Source: Planctomycetota bacterium (GTDB lineage: Bacteria > Planctomycetota > UBA1135 > GCA-002686595). From it: DNA of 64,000 bases. A program made the position numbers and the translations under genes. Location: assembly GCA_016872715.1 (NCBI GenBank), contig VGZD01000003.1, positions 8,886 to 72,885 on the forward strand, written 5' to 3'. Positions within the stretch are counted from its first letter, which is position 1. Each line of letters opens with the position of its first letter. Positions 58,414 through 64,000 of the stretch are shown here, piece after piece. The notes under the pieces are model-generated. The model was not told the DNA's origin and ran no database searches. It saw only the letters and a program-made list of their open reading frames with translations.

Positions 58414-60438
58414 TCAGTCGGAGGCTGGGTCGAGGGGGGTGACGACGGTCAGGGTGAGGTCAAAGGACTTGGGGTCGAGGGCCACGGTGAGCAGGGAAAC
58501 GGAGCAGGCCTCGAGATAGGTGAGCTGGCGGTCGTAGCTGGCCTTGAGAGCGGGGACACGCTCGCGCAGGAGCTCGCGTTCGCGCAGGGCGAGCAGCGGG
58601 CCGACGATCTCGTTCAACGCTTGCTGGGTCTCGGAGCCGAGCTGGTGGCGACGCTGGCCGGGGAACTGCTCGCGCAGGACGCGATCCTCCTCGCGCGCGC
58701 GCTCGAGATCCCAGTCGATGCCGGACTTGGCTTCGTCGATCGCGCGGCGCTCGGCGAACGCGCGCAGGGTCTTGGACAGGGTGCGCGGATTGAGCCACAG
58801 GAACAGGTTCGACGCCGGCAGCGCCTCGTTGATGAGTTGATTGAACTCGGGCCGGTCGGAGAGGCGCTCGACGTCGAGCAGCGGGTTCGAGCGATTGAGC
58901 AGGTCGCTGACGAGCTGGAACGAGTTGGAGAGGAAGTACAGGTTGGCGTTGCGAGCGACGGCGACGTGGCCGGTCCCGTCGATGAACGGCGACCAGAACT
59001 CCCAGGCCTCGAAGCCGCCCTGAAGGTTGTTGATGAACACGCCGCGACCGCCGTTGCGGCCCTGCAGGCCGAAGCGACCTTGGTTGTCGTTGACGAGCTT
59101 CTGGAGCTCGAGGATGCGCTTGTGCGCGCGCTCCGAGCCTTCGGTCCACAGGACGAGCGCGAAAGCCGACACCGGCACATCGTTGTGCGGCGGGTCCTTC
59201 TCGGCGTTCACCGGGAAGTCGTTCGGGCGCATGATCAGACCGATGCGTCCCTTGAAGAGCGTGTTCAGCTCCTTGATGGCGGCCGCGGTGCCGTTGTACT
59301 GGCCCGTGCTGCGCAGCGTCTCGTCGATCAACTGGCGCGCGGCCGGCTCGAGCGAGGAGTACAGCTCGGTCAGGAACTCGCCGAGCTCGACTTCGAGGTG
59401 CGCGAGCACCTGAGTATCGGGGCGCGCGAGCCGCGCGAGCTCGTCCACGATGACCTTCGACTCGCGACCGCGCTGGCGGTAGAGCGTCTTTTGGAACGGC
59501 GTCATCGTCTCGCTGGAGAGCTCGCCGTGCAGGTCGACCACCACGCCCTGATCGAAGCCGATCGTCCCGGCCAGAGTGCGCACGCTGGCGAGTTGGAACA
59601 TGCGGCCCAAGATCGACTCGAGTGGCACATCCGAGCTCGGATCGGGGTGCCGCGCCGAGAGCTGCAGCTTTTCGATCGCCGTGCGCCAATCGACGTACAG
59701 CTCGAGGTCGTGGCCCTCGCTCGTGCGACGCGCCTGCGCGATCTCGTCGTTGTAGGCCGCGCTCATGCCGAAGCTGTCCTGCCCGCCGCGGGCGCGCAGC
59801 TCGCTCGCCTTCGCCACGAGCTCGCGCGACGTGCCGAGGATCACCACGTCCTGCACGCGCCCCACGTGCAGCGCGCGCGGCAGTCCCGCGCCGGAGAGCG
59901 TCACGAAACCCTGCTCGGCGGACACGGACAGGCCGCGCTCATCGAGGCCAGCGAGTCCGGGGTGGTCGAGCGCGGCCACGGCGAGCTTGCCCATCCACGA
60001 CGCTCGTCCGTACACGGCCCAGTCGGCCTGTTCGAGCGTCGGCCCCTTGAAGTAGCCGGCGATCGCGAGTTCCTCGCCACCGAGGACGTCGAGCGGGTCC
60101 ACGCCCAGCGCGTCGATGTGCGTGCGCAAGTTGTCGAGCTGCGCCTCGATGTGGTGACGCGCCTCGAGCTCCGCACGCTCGGGCGACTCGAGCCACGCGC
60201 GCCAGCTCGCGGTGCGTTCGAGCTCGGCCTGCACCGCGAGTCGCGGCACCCGCTCGAAGTCCTCGGACAAGTTGGACTTGGCGGCGAAGAAATCGACGCC
60301 GCGCGGCACGAGCGTCGACACGTCGGCCTCGTAGTCCGACTCGGTCGGGCTGAACACGAAGGTCGCGAAGGCGAAGTAGCCCGCGAACAGGAGCACGAGC
60401 AGTGCGAAGAAGGCGTAGCGCAGGAAGCGGCGAGTCAT
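58414..60438 (-). CDS. Hypothetical membrane-anchored 674-aa protein
   Basis: ORF with non-shadow composition and an N-terminal TM segment 'YAFFALLVLLFAGYFAFATFVF'. I recognised no family motif. Confidence 0.6.
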   Translation of the reverse strand: MTRRFLRYAFFALLVLLFAGYFAFATFVFSPTESDYEADVSTLVPRGVDFFAAKSNLSEDFERVPRLAVQAELERTASWRAWLESPERAELEARHHIEAQLDNLRTHIDALGVDPLDVLGGEELAIAGYFKGPTLEQADWAVYGRASWMGKLAVAALDHPGLAGLDERGLSVSAEQGFVTLSGAGLPRALHVGRVQDVVILGTSRELVAKASELRARGGQDSFGMSAAYNDEIAQARRTSEGHDLELYVDWRTAIEKLQLSARHPDPSSDVPLESILGRMFQLASVRTLAGTIGFDQGVVVDLHGELSSETMTPFQKTLYRQRGRESKVIVDELARLARPDTQVLAHLEVELGEFLTELYSSLEPAARQLIDETLRSTGQYNGTAAAIKELNTLFKGRIGLIMRPNDFPVNAEKDPPHNDVPVSAFALVLWTEGSERAHKRILELQKLVNDNQGRFGLQGRNGGRGVFINNLQGGFEAWEFWSPFIDGTGHVAVARNANLYFLSNSFQLVSDLLNRSNPLLDVERLSDRPEFNQLINEALPASNLFLWLNPRTLSKTLRAFAERRAIDEAKSGIDWDLERAREEDRVLREQFPGQRRHQLGSETQQALNEIVGPLLALRERELLRERVPALKASYDRQLTYLEACSVSLLTVALDPKSFDLTLTVVTPLDPASD

Positions 60439-60671
60439 GGCGGTGTGCGCGGAGAGCGTGACGGGGGCGCGCGCGGGAGTCCAGCGTGGTCCACGCCCGA
60501 GGGCGCGTCGGTGTCGACACGCGCGGCGGCGGGCTTGGACGCCGCACTGGCCAGAGCCTTCCCGACCGATGCCCGCGCGCCGCGGATGGGCACGCCATTG
60601 ACCTCGGCCAGAGGATGCCCGACGCTCTGTCCCCCGCGCGCCCCCCCTTGGACGCGCGCCCTGCCACTCCG

Positions 60672-61877
60672 ATGCCCCTCTCTCAACGCGCCCAGTCGAT
60701 TTCGCTGTCCGTGACGCTGGCCCTCGACGCCCGTGCCAAGGCGCTGGCCGAAGCAGGCCGCGACATCGTGAACATGTCCGTGGGCGAGCCGGACTTCCCG
60801 GCTCCGGCCCTCGTGCAGCAGGCGGCCTCGCGCAGGGTGCTCTCGGGCGACGTCAGGTACACGCCGGCCGCGGGCACGCGCGCCCTGCGCAAGGCGATCG
60901 GGGAGAACGCCGCGGCCGTGCGCGGCATCGCGCCCTACGCCGTCGAGGAAGTCACCGTCTGCCACAGCACCAAGCACGCGCTCTCCGGCGCCATGCTCGC
61001 GCTCGTCGATCCCATGGACGAAGTCCTGCTGATCCTCCCGGCGTGGGTCAGCTACGTCGAGATCGTGCGCATCTGCGGCGGCGTGCCGGTGAGCGTGCCC
61101 TCGCGCGAGGACTGCGGCCCGGACTTCGACGCGATCGAGCGCGCGATCACGCCGCGCACCAAGGCCGTGCTGTTCAACAGCCCGAGCAATCCGACCGGCT
61201 ACGTGTGGACCCACGACGAGGTGCAACGACTCGCGAGTCTGTGCGAGCGCCGCGGCCTGTGGATCCTCTCCGACGAGATCTACCGCCGCCTCGTGTACGA
61301 AGGCGAGCCGAACGTGAGCCCCGCGACGCTCAGCCCGGCCGTGCGCGCCCGCACGATCGTGCTCGATGGGGCCTCGAAATCGCTCGCCATGACCGGCTAC
61401 CGCATCGGCTTCGCGGCCGGACCGCGCGAGGTCACCTCGGCCATCGAGCGCCTGCAATCCCACCTCACGGGTGCGCCGAACACCATCAGTCAGGACGGCT
61501 ACCTCGCCGCGCTCACCGGCCCCGAGCCGGTCGAGATCGCGCACATGTGCGCGGAATTCGACCGCCGCCGCCGCTGGCTGATCGATGCGCTGCGCGGCAT
61601 GGGGCTCTCGGTTCCCTGGCCGCGCGGAGCCTTCTACGCGTTTCCTGACGTGCGCGCCTACCTCGATGAGCGCGGAACGAGAGGTTTCTGCGAGGACGTG
61701 CTCGAGCAGGTGGACCTCGCGCTCGTGCCCGGCACCGCGTTCGGCGTCGACACGCACGTGCGGCTCTCCTACGCGCTCTCGCTCGAGCGCATCGAGCTCG
61801 CCGCGGAGCGTCTGCGCCGTTTCCTCGAGCGCCATCCCCGCCGCGCCAAGGCGCTCGAGTTGGCACAGCAGGTCTGA
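60672..61877 (+). CDS. Class I/II pyridoxal-phosphate-dependent (aspartate-type) aminotransferase
   Basis: ATG at 60672 in ORF 60486..61877. Motifs: 'NMSVGEPDF', 'Y....G...LR.AI', 'NSPSNPTG' and 'SKSLAMTGYRIG' (PLP Lys). Confidence 0.85.
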   Translation: MPLSQRAQSISLSVTLALDARAKALAEAGRDIVNMSVGEPDFPAPALVQQAASRRVLSGDVRYTPAAGTRALRKAIGENAAAVRGIAPYAVEEVTVCHSTKHALSGAMLALVDPMDEVLLILPAWVSYVEIVRICGGVPVSVPSREDCGPDFDAIERAITPRTKAVLFNSPSNPTGYVWTHDEVQRLASLCERRGLWILSDEIYRRLVYEGEPNVSPATLSPAVRARTIVLDGASKSLAMTGYRIGFAAGPREVTSAIERLQSHLTGAPNTISQDGYLAALTGPEPVEIAHMCAEFDRRRRWLIDALRGMGLSVPWPRGAFYAFPDVRAYLDERGTRGFCEDVLEQVDLALVPGTAFGVDTHVRLSYALSLERIELAAERLRRFLERHPRRAKALELAQQV

Positions 61878-61881
61878 GCGC

Positions 61882-62931
61882 TCAGCGCCGGGCGACGGCC
61901 GTCTCGGCGCCCGCGTGGAACAGGCAGCGCACGCGGCGGAAATCCGCGTCGAAGAGCGCGATCTCGCGGTCGTTCTCGACGACGAAGCGTCCGTCGGAGA
62001 GCGCCGTGACTTCCGGCCACGCGCCCTCGTCCGTGCCCATCGAGACCTCGCGGTCGCGCAACAGGTCGAACAGCACGCGCTGGCCCCCGCGGACGCCCGC
62101 GAAGTAGCGGCCGTCGCACCCTTCGATCCAGCGCGGCTCGGTCGCCATCCACGGACCGTCGAGCAGCGTGCCCGCGCGGGCGTCGACGATGCGCACGCGG
62201 TGCTCGAGCCCGCCTTCGCTGATGAGCAGCTTGCGGCCGTCCGACGAACAGTTCCATTCCAGATCGAGCGCGCCGCTTTGAACGATGTCGCGCTGCGTGC
62301 CTTCGACGATGTCGAAGCGCGTGAGGTACGTGACTCCGCCGCGCGTCGCGCTGAAGAAGCCGGCTCCCGCCCGAGGCGAGAGCGTGATGCGAGACTGACC
62401 GACGGACTCGAGGTCGATGCGCGAGCCTTGGGCGGTCCAGCGCACGTTGCGCAGCGTGCGACCATCCGGCGTCACGCGCTCCTGAACGGTCCCCCACTCG
62501 AGCGTCGCCGCGCGCAGCTCCGCGCGAATCGCGTCGCGGTCGCGCGTGAAGCGCACGGTTTCGCCCGTCGCGGGCTCGATCCAGCGCAGCTCCCTCACGC
62601 CCAGCTCGCGGTTCACGATCTCGACGCGCGCCTCGCCTGCGGCATTCCACGCAATCGTCTGCGCTCCGTTGGGCTGCGCATCGACGATTTCGAGCGGCAC
62701 GCCCGTTTCGAGCGGCACGATCCAGCAGCGCGTGTCACTCGACCACCCGCGCGCTCCGCTGACGGCGACCCAGCGGCCATCGGGCGAGAGCGAGGCTTCG
62801 AGTCGATACGGATCGCGCACGGAAGAGTTCGCGGTGTTGGACTCGGCGAACGGTCCCGTGTTCGAGGCCGCGAGGATGGAACCCAAGACAAACACGCCGA
62901 AAGCGGCGTGCACGACGCTGATCTGCTGCAT
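61882..62931 (-). CDS. Hypothetical secreted beta-propeller-like protein
   Basis: 349-aa ORF with the signal peptide 'AAFGVFVLGSILAAS'. It has repeated 'SPDGR / TPDGR / SSDGR / LSDGR' strands like TolB/WD40-like propellers. Confidence 0.55.
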   Translation of the reverse strand: MQQISVVHAAFGVFVLGSILAASNTGPFAESNTANSSVRDPYRLEASLSPDGRWVAVSGARGWSSDTRCWIVPLETGVPLEIVDAQPNGAQTIAWNAAGEARVEIVNRELGVRELRWIEPATGETVRFTRDRDAIRAELRAATLEWGTVQERVTPDGRTLRNVRWTAQGSRIDLESVGQSRITLSPRAGAGFFSATRGGVTYLTRFDIVEGTQRDIVQSGALDLEWNCSSDGRKLLISEGGLEHRVRIVDARAGTLLDGPWMATEPRWIEGCDGRYFAGVRGGQRVLFDLLRDREVSMGTDEGAWPEVTALSDGRFVVENDREIALFDADFRRVRCLFHAGAETAVARR

Positions 62932-63009
62932 GTGCTTCTCCCAGCCCTCTCATCGGGAGCGGGAGCGAGCGACCTTGACGAAATGCGACTTTCTTACGCA
63001 GCCAGCGGG

Positions 63010-64000
63010 TCAGCCGCGGCGACCGGCGACGTAGAGATTGCGCGCAAAGGGGAACTCCCCGGCCGCGATCTCGCCCACCTTGGCGAGCAACTCCGGCTCG
63101 TCGGTGGCCGCGAACACGTAGAACTTCCACAGGTCGCGGTAGGAGCGTTCGAGATCCGCGAGCCGCGGGACCTTGGCCGAGTGCTCGGACAGGGGCGCCA
63201 GCGCGTCGTCGCCGGGCCAGCGCACGTGCGTGGCGGCTTCCTTCAGTTGCATGCGGCGCGCGGGACACACGACCATGATCTCGATCTCGCGCCCGGTGGC
63301 GAAACGCACGAGATCCTGCACGCGCTCCTCCACCGCCGTGCGCGCGGCGTGGCCTTCGAGCGCGAAGTACTTGCCCACGAGCTCGGCCTGTGCGCCTTCG
63401 TTCTGCTGGCGCGGAAACACGCACGCGCGCTTGGGCAGGCGACGGTCGCGATAGCGTTGCACCAGCGAACGGACGCGGCGCCCGATGGCGGGACGCGCGC
63501 GCTCGAGCGCGCGCTCGAGCACGTCGAGCAGCGAGTCATCCGTGGTCATGTAGAAGTCGTCCTCCGCGAGCAGCTTCTCGCGCAGGCACAGCTCGACCGC
63601 GCGCGCGAGCAGCGCACCGGCGGCGACCTTGGCGTGGTGGTAGTAGACGCGCTCGGAGAAGTAGTAGCGCGCCTCGAGCATGCGCACGATCTCGCTCAGG
63701 ATGTCCTCGCGCAGCAGATTGTGCTTGGCGAGGTCGATGTAGAGGTTTCCGCTCGCGCGATCGACCTTGAAGTGCGAGACGAGCCGCGGGTCGATGCCGA
63801 TCTTGAGGCCCGTGAAGTAGGCGTCGCGCTGCAGGTAGTCGAGGATGTCCGAGCAGATCGTGTCGGAGTTGATCTGGCGCCAGTAGGCCGGCACGCGCTC
63901 GCCGCCCTGAGCCGCGGGACAGAGCACGGCGAGCACGTCGCGGGCGAGCCCGAGGCGCTCGAGCTTCTGACCGATCTCGGTGTTCGCACCGAGCATGCGC
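63010..64000 (-). CDS. HD-domain dNTP-triphosphohydrolase-like protein, C-terminal part; the 5' end lies outside the window
   Basis: ORF 63010..63996 stays open to the window end. 'DILDYLQRDAYFTGL' and 'YFSERVYYHHAKVAAGALL' are typical of the SAMHD1 / dGTPase-like HD family. Confidence 0.7.
   Translation of the reverse strand, partial: RMLGANTEIGQKLERLGLARDVLAVLCPAAQGGERVPAYWRQINSDTICSDILDYLQRDAYFTGLKIGIDPRLVSHFKVDRASGNLYIDLAKHNLLREDILSEIVRMLEARYYFSERVYYHHAKVAAGALLARAVELCLREKLLAEDDFYMTTDDSLLDVLERALERARPAIGRRVRSLVQRYRDRRLPKRACVFPRQQNEGAQAELVGKYFALEGHAARTAVEERVQDLVRFATGREIEIMVVCPARRMQLKEAATHVRWPGDDALAPLSEHSAKVPRLADLERSYRDLWKFYVFAATDEPELLAKVGEIAAGEFPFARNLYVAGRRG

Noticed and set aside
58215-60438. 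A genomic island integrated at tRNA-Leu
   Set aside because: There is no integrase, no visible direct repeat of the tRNA 3' end downstream, and no shift in composition detectable by eye.

Overview
This is a very GC-rich bacterial chromosomal segment (high GC judged by eye, not computed). I call about 50 protein-coding genes and one tRNA-Leu(GAG). I saw no rRNA, CRISPR array, transposase, integrase or phage genes. Many long Arg/Ala/Pro-rich ORFs in the track are high-GC shadow frames and were ignored.

Real content from left to right:
- an M50 protease fragment and two secreted proteins;
- a beta-oxidation operon (PaaK-like ligase, thiolase, FadB-type enzyme);
- an exported DUF1028 Ntn-hydrolase;
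- dapD plus an M20 peptidase, divergent from an APC permease;
- a split biotin carboxylase / BCCP pair;
- a seven-gene co-directional cluster: lysine 2,3-aminomutase, two Ddl-like ATP-grasp ligases, GNAT, DUF3109-like Cys protein, MOP flippase, GT4 glycosyltransferase;
- a 924-aa propeller/HExxH protein and a molybdopterin oxidoreductase;
- two more GT4 genes;
- an FHA / glutaredoxin-like pair, divergent from an ABC module;
- DedA, K+-type membrane pyrophosphatase, RsfS, a DUF255 thioredoxin protein, an MFS transporter and a PolB-like exonuclease;
- an operon of a secreted protein, a matrixin-like protease with TIG repeats, and two tandem GT-C paralogues;
- an HDOD protein;
- a b6f-like Rieske/cytochrome b operon whose c-type subunit is a 1,190-aa octahaem protein, followed by a cupredoxin;
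- a HEAT-repeat protein, PPi-type phosphofructokinase, tRNA-Leu, a class I aminotransferase and an HD-domain protein cut by the window end.

The two best candidates for under-described biology are the beta-lysine / ATP-grasp / GNAT cluster (15272..22276) and the Rieske / b6 / octahaem / cupredoxin module (48289..55380). Four unrelated short tandem-repeat arrays lie in intergenic regions. All functional calls come from motif recognition by eye; no database search was possible.
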